Shown here: positions 49,754 to 58,927 of the stretch, piece by piece
Layout: every line of letters begins with the position of its first letter
How positions within the stretch are numbered: the stretch's first letter is position 1
From: an uncultured cyanobacterium
GTDB taxonomy: Bacteria; Cyanobacteriota; Cyanobacteriia; PCC-9006; JAAUQQ01
DNA: 64,000 nucleotides
Direction of reading: 5' to 3'
Assembly (NCBI GenBank): GCA_963718615.1
Contig: OY970368.1
Span: 2,752,001 to 2,816,000 of the forward strand
Notes under the pieces: model-generated
The model's input: the letters and a program-made list of their open reading frames with translations, nothing else
Told to the model about the DNA's origin: nothing
The model's database searches: none
Made by a program: the position numbers and the translations under genes

Positions 49754-50848
49754 TTAAACCAAGGATTTATAAACTTGAAGAGTCTGTTCGGCAGTTTTCT
49801 GCCAGCTAAAGTGCTTTACACGCTCATAACCTGCTGCGATTAGGCGATCGCGCTTTGCGGGATGATTAGCCAGATCTAGTAAAATATCCGCTAGGTCTGC
49901 GATTGCTGTAGGCTGGAACAAAATCCCCGCGTCGCCGATGACTTCGGGAATACTGGAAGAACTAGAAGCAACTACAGGAGTGCCACAAGTCATGGCTTCG
50001 AGCGGAGGAATACCAAATCCTTCATAGAGAGAGGGATAAACAAAGGCGATGCTACAGCGATATAGCTTGGCTAAATGGGTGTCGCTGGCGTAGCGATAAT
50101 GTTGGATGCGGTCGGCCAATTTTAATTCAGCAATTAGGTTTTCTTCTTCTGAGTTGAAGGGGGAACCTACGACACAGAGATGAATATCAGGATTGATACT
50201 GGCTGCCTTAGAAAAAGCAATTAAGAGTGTATCGAAGTTTTTATACTCTTTGGTTCGGCTACCAACATAAAGAAAGTAGGGCTCGGATGGAATAGGTTCA
50301 TCTCCATAAGACCAATCGCCGCTGAATTCAGATGCAAGGTAGGTGACGGTGATTTTTGATTCCGCATTAGGGAAGTAGCAAAGTAAGTCTGCTTTAGTAC
50401 TTTCGGAGATACAAAGAATAGCATCAGCGGCTTTGATTGCAGATTTTTTCGATTGGATCGTATAGCCTTGTGGATCAATCGTTTCAGAAAATATCTCATG
50501 AATCATGTCATAGACAGTCAGCACAATCGGCTGTTGTATTTGGCTGAATGATTCTCGGGTTAGTAGATTATAGTAAGTAGGGTGAAGAACATCAAAGTCT
50601 TGATTTTTCTTGAGCTGTCTAAAATAGTAACCTCTGATTCGGTTAGAGATTCGACTAGGGCGAAATCCTCGATATTCTTGCAGAGTGAGGTTGGGGTGGG
50701 ATGGGTAGTGGAGTTTATTTCCTCGGTAGGTTGTGGTCAGTGTGGGGTAGGTGTCTTGAGGGAGTCGATCGATGATGTTGCCAAAATAGCGATTTATCCC
50801 ACCGGCTACTTGGCTCGCGAAGATTTGGCCATCGTAGAGAATACGCAT
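49754..50848 (-). CDS. GT4 glycosyltransferase (mannosyltransferase-like)
   Basis: GGINRY, TVYDMIHE, FLYVG..YKNF, PSLYEGFGIPPLEAM. Confidence 0.92.
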   Translation of the reverse strand: MRILYDGQIFASQVAGGINRYFGNIIDRLPQDTYPTLTTTYRGNKLHYPSHPNLTLQEYRGFRPSRISNRIRGYYFRQLKKNQDFDVLHPTYYNLLTRESFSQIQQPIVLTVYDMIHEIFSETIDPQGYTIQSKKSAIKAADAILCISESTKADLLCYFPNAESKITVTYLASEFSGDWSYGDEPIPSEPYFLYVGSRTKEYKNFDTLLIAFSKAASINPDIHLCVVGSPFNSEEENLIAELKLADRIQHYRYASDTHLAKLYRCSIAFVYPSLYEGFGIPPLEAMTCGTPVVASSSSSIPEVIGDAGILFQPTAIADLADILLDLANHPAKRDRLIAAGYERVKHFSWQKTAEQTLQVYKSLV

Positions 50849-50858
50849 TACGTCTTAC

Positions 50859-51716
50859 CTACTTAGTGCATAGGAATGAATAAAGACGACCTGGGGATTG
50901 ATCTCGCATCGATCGGAAGATTCTGTAAGCTTTTTCTGCTCCTGATATCTTAGCAATAGAACTACCAACAGCAGTTCCAAGCTTAGATGTGAGCCAGTCA
51001 CACATTGCTTGTCTTACATCAGCATTAGATGCTGGGAAATGATTGATCACATTATCCATTGGAGCCATTTGATTAACCACCATGAATCCAGCTTTTTTTA
51101 GACTACTGGTGTAGTGTGAAACTGAGTAGGCATTTTCGCCCCCATGTAGTTGATGCAGGACATGTCCAGCAAAGAATTTTTCTAATTGATCGGAATCACT
51201 CACGACATGCTCACGAGTTGCGAGGAAAAATCCACGGGGCTTCAAAACCCGAGCGCATTCAGTTAATCCCTGAACTAAATCTGAAAAGTGATGTAGGGCT
51301 TGTCGTTCATAAATTATATCAAATGTATTATCCGGGAATGGCAACGATTCAGCAGTGGCCTGAATCGTCTTAATAGAGCCACTGCTGATGTGAGTACAAA
51401 GCCGATCTGCGGCCATCAATCCCACATCGTCGCTGGTATCTGGGTCAACTGCTGTAACTTCGCAGCCGAGTGAAGCAAAGGCATAGGACGCAATACCATT
51501 GCCACACCCAAGATCTAGGACTTGAGCTTGGCTAGAACGATCGATTAATTTCAGAAGCTTGCTGACTTCTTGAAACTCTTCACTAGCGGTGAATCGTTTT
51601 GCAGCTTCGAAGTTATCCCGATCGAGATAACAAAGCTTTACGAGTTCGGCATACTGCTCTTGCTCGCGCATCCAGTTAACTGAATCTTCGTAATTGACTA
51701 ATTTTTGAGATGACAT
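50859..51716 (-). CDS. Class I SAM-dependent methyltransferase
   Basis: VLDLGCGNG, LPFPDNTFD, RVLKPRG. Confidence 0.9.
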   Translation of the reverse strand: MSSQKLVNYEDSVNWMREQEQYAELVKLCYLDRDNFEAAKRFTASEEFQEVSKLLKLIDRSSQAQVLDLGCGNGIASYAFASLGCEVTAVDPDTSDDVGLMAADRLCTHISSGSIKTIQATAESLPFPDNTFDIIYERQALHHFSDLVQGLTECARVLKPRGFFLATREHVVSDSDQLEKFFAGHVLHQLHGGENAYSVSHYTSSLKKAGFMVVNQMAPMDNVINHFPASNADVRQAMCDWLTSKLGTAVGSSIAKISGAEKAYRIFRSMRDQSPGRLYSFLCTK

Positions 51717-51724
51717 GACTAGCG

Positions 51725-52864
51725 CTATCCTTTCTTCTTAGTCAGATTAATAAAGAAGAGATGGGTTCCAAATGATTCTTCTAAGAATCCTTTCAATGCA
51801 GAACTAACTTTAGAACTCCAGTAGGATCTAAACTCATGTATTCTATACTTTGCATACAAAGCCTTGAGAAATAACCGATTCTTTTTGACTGTAAAGCTAT
51901 TCAATAGACCCTGATATGAATAAATCTGCTTTGGAGATTCAATACATTCAATTACCTGTCGAGCAAATCGATCCCAGTTATAATAATTTTCCAATGCTAT
52001 TTTTGATTTTCTTTGAAAATCTATCAAAATAGATGCGTCAACTGTATTAAGATGCTGGATTATCTCGGATGACTTTTCAATATCATCCAGTGGTATGTTA
52101 ACAAACCAATCCTCATTATAGTAACCGCTTTGAGGTGTACAGACAGGTATCAATCCCCATGCAGCAGACTCAAGTATAGTAGTAGGATTTGCATCTGAGC
52201 GACCGCAAGTTAGTAAGAAATCATATTCTTTAATAAGATCAAGACTTGATGATTGGCTGAAATCCCTAGTGCCATGCGCTATGATTTTATCTGAATCTAT
52301 TTTCCCTCCTCCAATCCAACCGATATGAATGTTGGGATTCTCATTGGCAAGTTTTGCAAGAAAATCACATCCTTTGAAATCAGCTGTTCTTCCAATGTAT
52401 AAAAAACGCCTCTTTCCAGCCTCATTAAATGATTCTTTTACTCTTCTGAAATTATGTGTGTTAACTGCTAAATCTAAATGAATAAACCAAGGTTTCCAAT
52501 GAGCGACTAAGCTATCTGAAATAGTATCATTCCAATACTTTCCACAAATAGCTAAATAGTTGTCTGACAAGGTAACAAGATCGTCAAAGTAAGCAATATA
52601 TCGAGGGTATGCATGGGCGAATGGATTCATAAGAATTCGCTTATGCCATCCATCCTTGTGAAAGTTCCTTGTAAAAACTGTTTTTGGATCAGGATTTGGA
52701 TGCCCAATTAATATATCTCCTTCTTTGGGATAAATTTCTAGATTATCTGCCCAATCATATACTTTGACATCATATTTAAGAGCTAGTCTGCTGGCAAGTT
52801 CATTTGTGATTGCGTAAGGAGTTGATTTCTTTTCGCCTTTTACGTAGACTAGATGTATAGTCAT
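51725..52864 (-). CDS. Glycosyltransferase (GT-B/GT4-like)
   Basis: FLYIGRTADFKG, DANPTTILESAAWG, YNWDRFA. Very AT-rich. Confidence 0.75.
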   Translation of the reverse strand: MTIHLVYVKGEKKSTPYAITNELASRLALKYDVKVYDWADNLEIYPKEGDILIGHPNPDPKTVFTRNFHKDGWHKRILMNPFAHAYPRYIAYFDDLVTLSDNYLAICGKYWNDTISDSLVAHWKPWFIHLDLAVNTHNFRRVKESFNEAGKRRFLYIGRTADFKGCDFLAKLANENPNIHIGWIGGGKIDSDKIIAHGTRDFSQSSSLDLIKEYDFLLTCGRSDANPTTILESAAWGLIPVCTPQSGYYNEDWFVNIPLDDIEKSSEIIQHLNTVDASILIDFQRKSKIALENYYNWDRFARQVIECIESPKQIYSYQGLLNSFTVKKNRLFLKALYAKYRIHEFRSYWSSKVSSALKGFLEESFGTHLFFINLTKKKG

Positions 52865-52891
52865 ATCTCTTGTTATAAATAATTTTAAGAA

Positions 52892-54193
52892 CTACATATT
52901 CGATGTCAATCTGGTTGTTGAAAGAATATTCCAACTCAAGATTGGTAAAATACTACCATTGCGTCCTTCGCCACACTTCACAATTGGACTATCCAAATCC
53001 ACTAAATCAAAAGAAACCTCCTTTGAAAAAATGTCAAGAATCTCTACTGCGGGAATGGTGCTAGAAACTTTTATTGCGTATTCACCTCCTCTCATTAAAT
53101 AGATTGGAATTTCTACTCTAGCAATATACTCTCCTGCTTCCATTCTTTTGTCTCTACTTTCTATTGGCTTTTGATCCCAATTTGTACTTGAAAAAATAAT
53201 TCCATGCTGAAGACTTTGAATTTCGAATGCAATTCCATAGCCTCTTCCGGGAGATAAAACTTGAAATGTTATCTCCAAATAAGCTCTGCTTCTGGAGATT
53301 ATTTCGGTTTGGGTTAATCCGGCTTCGTCTGTTATACGAACACGTCTTATTTTTAGTTTCTGATTATCTTTTAAAGGTCCTAAGTCAGTGACTTCACCAG
53401 TCATCTGACTACTAGATGAAGAGTATTGTGAAATGATTTTCTCGATCCTATCATTTCCCACACAAATACCCTTGCTTAACAAGATTCCCTTATTGCATAA
53501 AGAAGATATCGTACCCATGTTATGACTCACAAAAATCACCGTCCTACCCTCTTTCCCCACATCCTCCATCTTTCCCAAACACTTCTTCTGAAACTGCGCA
53601 TCCCCCACCGCCAACACCTCATCCACAATCAAAATCTCCGGCTCCAAATGCGCCGCCACCGCAAATGCCAACCGCACATACATCCCGCTGGAATAACGCT
53701 TTACGGGCGTATCCAAAAACTTCTCCACCTCCGCAAACGCCACAATTTCATCAAACTTTCGCTTAATCTCCGCCTTGCCCATGCCTAAAATGGCACCGTT
53801 CAGGTAGATGTTTTCGCGGCCCGTTAGCTCCGGATGGAACCCCGTTCCCACCTCAAGCAAGCTGGCGACTCGACCCTTAATTGAAATCCGTCCTTCCGTG
53901 GGTTCGACGATGCGGCTGAGGATTTTCAGGAGTGTTGATTTGCCTGCGCCGTTGCGGCCAATGATGCCAACTCGGTCTCCTTGCTTAATCTCAAACGAAA
54001 CATCCTTCAGTGCCCAAAATTCCTCCCGGCTCGGTGACTCCAGTTTCGACCTTTTGCCAAAAGACTTTGCCAACAAATTTGCTCCATCCGCCATCACATC
54101 GCGAAGGGCTTTGTAATTGCTACGCCCTTCTTGCTGATGACTCAGTAGATATTTTTTCCCTAGATTCTCAACTCGAATAATAGTGTCAGACAT
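52892..54193 (-). CDS. wzt: Polysaccharide ABC exporter ATPase with a C-terminal Wzt carbohydrate-binding domain
   Basis: GRNGAGKST, TGREN, YSSGMYVRLAF, VDEVLAVGD, and a C-terminal beta-rich domain. Confidence 0.93.
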   Translation of the reverse strand: MSDTIIRVENLGKKYLLSHQQEGRSNYKALRDVMADGANLLAKSFGKRSKLESPSREEFWALKDVSFEIKQGDRVGIIGRNGAGKSTLLKILSRIVEPTEGRISIKGRVASLLEVGTGFHPELTGRENIYLNGAILGMGKAEIKRKFDEIVAFAEVEKFLDTPVKRYSSGMYVRLAFAVAAHLEPEILIVDEVLAVGDAQFQKKCLGKMEDVGKEGRTVIFVSHNMGTISSLCNKGILLSKGICVGNDRIEKIISQYSSSSSQMTGEVTDLGPLKDNQKLKIRRVRITDEAGLTQTEIISRSRAYLEITFQVLSPGRGYGIAFEIQSLQHGIIFSSTNWDQKPIESRDKRMEAGEYIARVEIPIYLMRGGEYAIKVSSTIPAVEILDIFSKEVSFDLVDLDSPIVKCGEGRNGSILPILSWNILSTTRLTSNM

Positions 54194-54259
54194 CGTTAAC
54201 TCATAAAACTGGATCGGTGATTAGATCAACGCTTTCGTAGGCATAGCTAAAAGAAAATT

Positions 54260-54886
54260 CTAGGAGTTTTCATATTCTAGCCTCCCCAACACAATTAAAC
54301 TCTCCACATCCTCTAAAGCTTCTGGAAAATACATTTGAATAACCTGACGAATTTTTTCTAGCTCCTCTTCACCGGCTCCTCCCAACATTCGACTCACATC
54401 GGCCAAATCTTGAGCGCGGCTCGCCTGGATTTTCATCAATACCAAATAGGGCAACGCGATCACCGGCAGACCATCTGGGGAATAATTGGGTTGAGCCAAA
54501 GCCGTCGAGATCCAATCTGCCTCAGAAATCAAAACATCCAAAGAAGTACCATCCACGAGCTGCCACTGGCTTCCTGGAATGCCCAGTTCTCCGATTCTGA
54601 TTGCGCTTGCCTTTTCCAGCAGCGCATACACAGTAGAAGTTTCCTGCATTGATATCAAAATATCTAAATCCAAAGTAGACCGCTCAGGCATGTACATTCG
54701 AGTCGCAACGCCCCCCACGATAACAAACAGGCCAGGCAGCAAGATCTGATTTAAGTCACTCACGGTATGCACCCACGTTCTTCGTTGCAACAAAGCCAAG
54801 CCACTGCCTGAACCTGGCTTAACCCGCTTCAGTGCCAGCTCAATAAAACGACGACGAAAATCATTCCGAACAATCCCCAACGTCAT
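54260..54886 (-). CDS. Nucleotidyltransferase-like protein (DUF6036/AbiEii-like motif)
   Basis: IVGGVAT....ERSTLDLDILI and LVLMK..SRAQDLADV. Confidence 0.7.
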   Translation of the reverse strand: MTLGIVRNDFRRRFIELALKRVKPGSGSGLALLQRRTWVHTVSDLNQILLPGLFVIVGGVATRMYMPERSTLDLDILISMQETSTVYALLEKASAIRIGELGIPGSQWQLVDGTSLDVLISEADWISTALAQPNYSPDGLPVIALPYLVLMKIQASRAQDLADVSRMLGGAGEEELEKIRQVIQMYFPEALEDVESLIVLGRLEYENS

Positions 54887-54927
54887 TTAAAAACCTCCTG
54901 ACTCAGTGATGTAAACTCAATCTCTCC

Positions 54928-55797
54928 CTAAATCACATCCGCAAACCGCTTTTCCATTTTACGGAAATACCAAATCCCTGTCATAAGCAAGAACACAACT
55001 AAACCCACAGATAGCAAAAATCCAGGTATATACAGTGACGAAGTGCCACCCAAAATGGCCCAGCGGAAGCCGTCAATTACACCCACCATCGGATTCAGTG
55101 AATAGAGCAATCGCCATTGGGTTGGGACAATGCTGCTACTGAAACCCACCGGAGAAATATACAAACCAAACTGAACAATAAAGGGAACAATATAGCGAAA
55201 ATCTCGATACTCGACATTTAAGGCGGCTAGCCAGAGTCCTGCACCGATGGAGGCGGCGAAGGCGATCGCCACAAACCCCGGCAATGTCAAAATCCGCCAG
55301 CCCGGCACAAAATTATAGTAGGCCATTAACCCCAGCAAAATAATGCCGGAAATCATGAAATCCACAAAACTGACAATCACCGCACTGGCGGGGACGACCA
55401 ATCTAGGGAAATAGACCTTCGAGATTAAATTGGAATTGCTAATCAAACTATTGCTACATTCACTCAAGGCATTGGCAAAAAACTGCCAAGGCAGCATGGC
55501 GGAAAAGACCAAGATGGGATAGGGGGCTCCTTCCGAGGGCAGCTTGGCCAAATTGCCAAACACAACGCTGAAAACGACCATCGTCAAAAACGGTCGAATC
55601 AACGCCCAAGCCAAACCAATCACGGTCTGCTTGTAGCGCACCAAAATATCACGCCAAGCCAGAAAGTAAAACAATTCCCGATACGTCCAGATATCTTTCC
55701 AATACTGACGTTCGGCCCGGCCTGCTTCAATAATTAGTTCCGGCGGAGAACCCTGCTGCTTCGTCATAAACTGGGGAGGGGATGCCGTTCTCATCAT
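54928..55797 (-). CDS. wzm: Polysaccharide ABC exporter permease
   Basis: RDILVRYKQT.IG.AW, LISKVYFPR, YRDFRYIVPF, LNPM. Confidence 0.93.
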   Translation of the reverse strand: MMRTASPPQFMTKQQGSPPELIIEAGRAERQYWKDIWTYRELFYFLAWRDILVRYKQTVIGLAWALIRPFLTMVVFSVVFGNLAKLPSEGAPYPILVFSAMLPWQFFANALSECSNSLISNSNLISKVYFPRLVVPASAVIVSFVDFMISGIILLGLMAYYNFVPGWRILTLPGFVAIAFAASIGAGLWLAALNVEYRDFRYIVPFIVQFGLYISPVGFSSSIVPTQWRLLYSLNPMVGVIDGFRWAILGGTSSLYIPGFLLSVGLVVFLLMTGIWYFRKMEKRFADVI

Positions 55798-55999
55798 TAG
55801 GATGCGGTAACAATAAAATAGTAATCGATTCCAGCAGTCATGTTTAGATCCCGGTTTAGATCAAAGGACTGCTTCCGTATATATACAGAGGAGTTTACGC
55901 CTACTAACCTATTTCCCCGACCCAGTTTCCGTTCCCGGATGAAAACCGAGAAAAACACCCGAATTTATGGAAACCTTACACTGTGCTGGGTTGAGTTCC

Positions 56000-57133
56000 C
56001 TACTTACCCTTCGGTTTTTCTAGCTCCTTTTCTAGCCCCGGCCAGCGCCGCAGCCAATGCCGCAGATTCGCCTCCGAGGGGCTGGCTTTTGCGTTCGGAT
56101 CACTGAGCAACTGCCGCAGTTCCGCAGCGGCTTGGCCAGTTTGCTGCTCCCAAACCTGACAGAGTTCGTCCAGATCGACCCGGCGATCGCCCAGTCCCAG
56201 AAACCGCTGAAGCCGTCGCTGTTCCGCTGCCTGCCATTGCGATCGCACAAACCCCGTGCAGCCTGCTCGCCGCAGGACCCCCGCCAACGCCTGCACATAG
56301 GCTTCACTGTTATTTTCGATTGGCGGTACCACGGGCTGAATCGGCCCCCAGCGACGGTTTTGGGCAACGATCGCCACGATGAGCAACACCAACCCCTGCA
56401 CCCCGATCAAGAGCAACGGTGTCCGCAGGAAATAATCTCCCCAGGTTTTCAGTCCTGCCTGGAGTCGCTGTTCGCGATCGCGATACCCATGGCTAAATTC
56501 ATTCACCCAAACCGCCCCGTCCTTTGCCCCGTCCTTTGCCCCAACCAGGTCTGCCAACCAAGCAAAATTTCCAGGGGCATCCTGATAGGCATTGGCCGCT
56601 AAGTGGGGGGTCACCGCTTCGATCCGCCCCGCCGCCGTGGACCAGACGATCGCCCCAAAGGTATCCGCCAACAGCGCCGACTCCTGGGTGGCGAGTCGAT
56701 GCCGTCGCTTGGTTTCCAGCGTCACTGCCCCCTGCTTCGTGGCGACTACCGTTTGAAACGGGGCAGCCGTTGCTTCACCCCCAGCGGCAAGGACAATTAA
56801 CCGATTGCCCTGGTCCAGCCAGCGGGCGATCGCCTCTCCTTGGCTCAACTGATCCTGCTGCCACGTCGGCGGATTGCCAACCTGGAGGAGTGTGGTTCCC
56901 GTCTGGTGTGCGGGTTCCTGAAGCCACTGGGCCAAAGGTTTACGCCAGCGCTGAATCGGCGTTCCCTGTTGTTCGAGATAGGCATACCAGGCCCCATAGC
57001 CATCGGGGGCGCGATTGTAGGTTGATCCGCGACGGTTATAGGTTTGAGCAGGGGCCAGGAGCAGCGTCAGGCCCAAGATTACGGCGATCGCAATCAAAAT
57101 CCCATTGCGGTAGCGAAGCCAGGATTTGTTCAT
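56000..57133 (-). CDS. DUF4350 domain membrane protein
   Basis: N-terminal TM, GSTYNRAPDGYGAWY, VNEFSHG, TM, NRRWG, AYVQALA. Confidence 0.8.
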   Translation of the reverse strand: MNKSWLRYRNGILIAIAVILGLTLLLAPAQTYNRRGSTYNRAPDGYGAWYAYLEQQGTPIQRWRKPLAQWLQEPAHQTGTTLLQVGNPPTWQQDQLSQGEAIARWLDQGNRLIVLAAGGEATAAPFQTVVATKQGAVTLETKRRHRLATQESALLADTFGAIVWSTAAGRIEAVTPHLAANAYQDAPGNFAWLADLVGAKDGAKDGAVWVNEFSHGYRDREQRLQAGLKTWGDYFLRTPLLLIGVQGLVLLIVAIVAQNRRWGPIQPVVPPIENNSEAYVQALAGVLRRAGCTGFVRSQWQAAEQRRLQRFLGLGDRRVDLDELCQVWEQQTGQAAAELRQLLSDPNAKASPSEANLRHWLRRWPGLEKELEKPKGK

Positions 57134-57159
57134 GGGGTTTCATGGGGTTTCATGGGATA

Positions 57160-57774
57160 TCACGGAGCTTGTTCGATCTGCTCAAAGGCTTGCAGGCAAT
57201 CTTGAAAGAGGGCAGCATTGGCGCGATCGCCCCCAAACCACAGCCGTTCATGGGTCATCAACAGCAACCGATAGGCCGCCAGGGGCGAGAGATGGCCCAC
57301 GAGCTGGGTATATTCTTGGTCCGTGCGGCTGGGCTGCTGGGGCACTTGGCCGGTTTGGTCGAGGCGATGGAGTAGCGCCAGGTAAAGCGCTCGACAGGCG
57401 AGATCGTAGTTTTGGGCCTGTTGCTGCCGTTGGGCTTCCTTCAGCCAGTGGGAAAGACTGTGCTGATCAAAGGGATCGAGGGGCGATCGCGTCCCCGAAT
57501 TTTCCCGTCGCGGACCCAGTCGAAACCGACGCCCTAGGCGATAGAGCAAATACGCCAGCAGTGCCAGCAAAATCGCGAGGGTGACGGGCCATTGGTGGGC
57601 AATCCAGCGAAAAAAGGCCCCAATCCAACCTAGCGAAGACTCATCCCCCCAATCGGGAAAAAACGCCGGGGCATCCCACTGGGAGAGCTTCCACTCCATC
57701 CATTCACGGGCACGGCGGGTTGAAGTTTCCCAGAACCAGCCAGGACTGGATTTTTGAAACGAGGACAGGGGCAT
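57160..57774 (-). CDS. DUF4129 domain membrane protein
   Basis: TM helix, then ACRALYLALLHRL, SRTDQEY, HERLWFG. Confidence 0.82.
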   Translation of the reverse strand: MPLSSFQKSSPGWFWETSTRRAREWMEWKLSQWDAPAFFPDWGDESSLGWIGAFFRWIAHQWPVTLAILLALLAYLLYRLGRRFRLGPRRENSGTRSPLDPFDQHSLSHWLKEAQRQQQAQNYDLACRALYLALLHRLDQTGQVPQQPSRTDQEYTQLVGHLSPLAAYRLLLMTHERLWFGGDRANAALFQDCLQAFEQIEQAP

Positions 57775-57871
57775 GGGAATCAGGGGCGAATCGGGGACGA
57801 ATCAGGGAAGACGACGGATTTTGAACAATTCATCGATAATTGAGATGCCCATAGTTTAGCCTTGCGCTGCC

Positions 57872-58540
57872 ATGCCGACGCCTGCAACGATTACTCACAT
57901 TATCTTTGACCTTGATGGTCTATTGCTCAATACGGAGACACTCCATGCCGGGGTAAATCAGGAAATTGCAGCTCGCTATGGCAAAACCTACGGGCCGGAA
58001 GCCAAGGCCCAGGTGGTGGGCAAACGCGCCCTGGAATCTTCCCAGGCGTTGGTGGATGTCCTTGGGTTGCCGCTGAGTGCCCAGGCTTGCCGCGAGACTC
58101 GCCATCAAATGATGCGCGATCGCTACCGTCACACCCAGCTCATGCCCGGTGCGGAGGGGTTGACGCAGTTTTTCTATGACCGGGCGATTCCCATGGCGAT
58201 CGCCACCAGCTCCCACGCGGAAAATTTTCAACTCAAAACCACCCACCATCAGGACTGGCTCCAACGGTTCCGCTGTATCGTCAAAGGGGATGACCCCGAA
58301 CTCCAGGCGGGGAAGCCCGCGCCGGATATTTTTCTGCTGGCGGCCCAGCGACTCGGGGCCAATCCCCACCATTGCTTGGTGTTTGAGGATTCCCCTGCGG
58401 GGGTGGCGGCGGCGCGCCAAGCGGAGATGGCGGTGGTAGCGATTCCGGATCCTGACTTGGACCCATCACTCTTTCACGCGGCCCATCAGATTTTGCCAGA
58501 CCTGGGCAGCTTTTTACCCCAGACCTGGAATTTGGCTTAA
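57872..58540 (+). CDS. HAD-IA hydrolase (pseudouridine-5'-phosphatase-like)
   Basis: IFDLDGLLLNTE, ATSS, GKPAPDIF, VFEDSPAGV. Confidence 0.9.
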   Translation: MPTPATITHIIFDLDGLLLNTETLHAGVNQEIAARYGKTYGPEAKAQVVGKRALESSQALVDVLGLPLSAQACRETRHQMMRDRYRHTQLMPGAEGLTQFFYDRAIPMAIATSSHAENFQLKTTHHQDWLQRFRCIVKGDDPELQAGKPAPDIFLLAAQRLGANPHHCLVFEDSPAGVAAARQAEMAVVAIPDPDLDPSLFHAAHQILPDLGSFLPQTWNLA

Positions 58541-58559
58541 GTTTTGTTGGAATTTTCCC

Positions 58560-58868
58560 ATGCTCATCGAACCCGTTCAGCGATTTTGGCGATCGCTCTG
58601 TCATCTGGCCGAAATTGATCCCCCCCACCTGATTGAATTTGTCATGCTGTTGCTGGCGATCGCCATTACGACGCTGGCCTGGGGAGGCCATTTGGACTGG
58701 GAGTTTTGGGTCTTGGGGCTCAGTTTGGGGATTGGGGCAGCGGCCTGTTGCTTGGTGCGAGAATTGCTGATGGTGGGCGCACCGAACCCCACCCGGCGAT
58801 TATTGGCCGTGCTGATGCTGCTGTTTGGCAGTTATACCCTCTGGGATACGGTGCGCTATTGGATTTGA
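58560..58868 (+). CDS. Small hypothetical membrane protein
   Basis: Three hydrophobic helices; co-oriented between two genes. Confidence 0.65.
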   Translation: MLIEPVQRFWRSLCHLAEIDPPHLIEFVMLLLAIAITTLAWGGHLDWEFWVLGLSLGIGAAACCLVRELLMVGAPNPTRRLLAVLMLLFGSYTLWDTVRYWI

Positions 58869-58927
58869 GCCGTTAATCGAGTCTAATGTGTAAATTGATG
58901 CAAGCTTAAATCTGTCTTGGAATTCAG

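Noticed and set aside
56524-57375. 283-aa plus-strand ORF
   Set aside because: Antisense to DUF4350/DUF4129 in GC-rich DNA; Pro/Arg-rich with no motifs.
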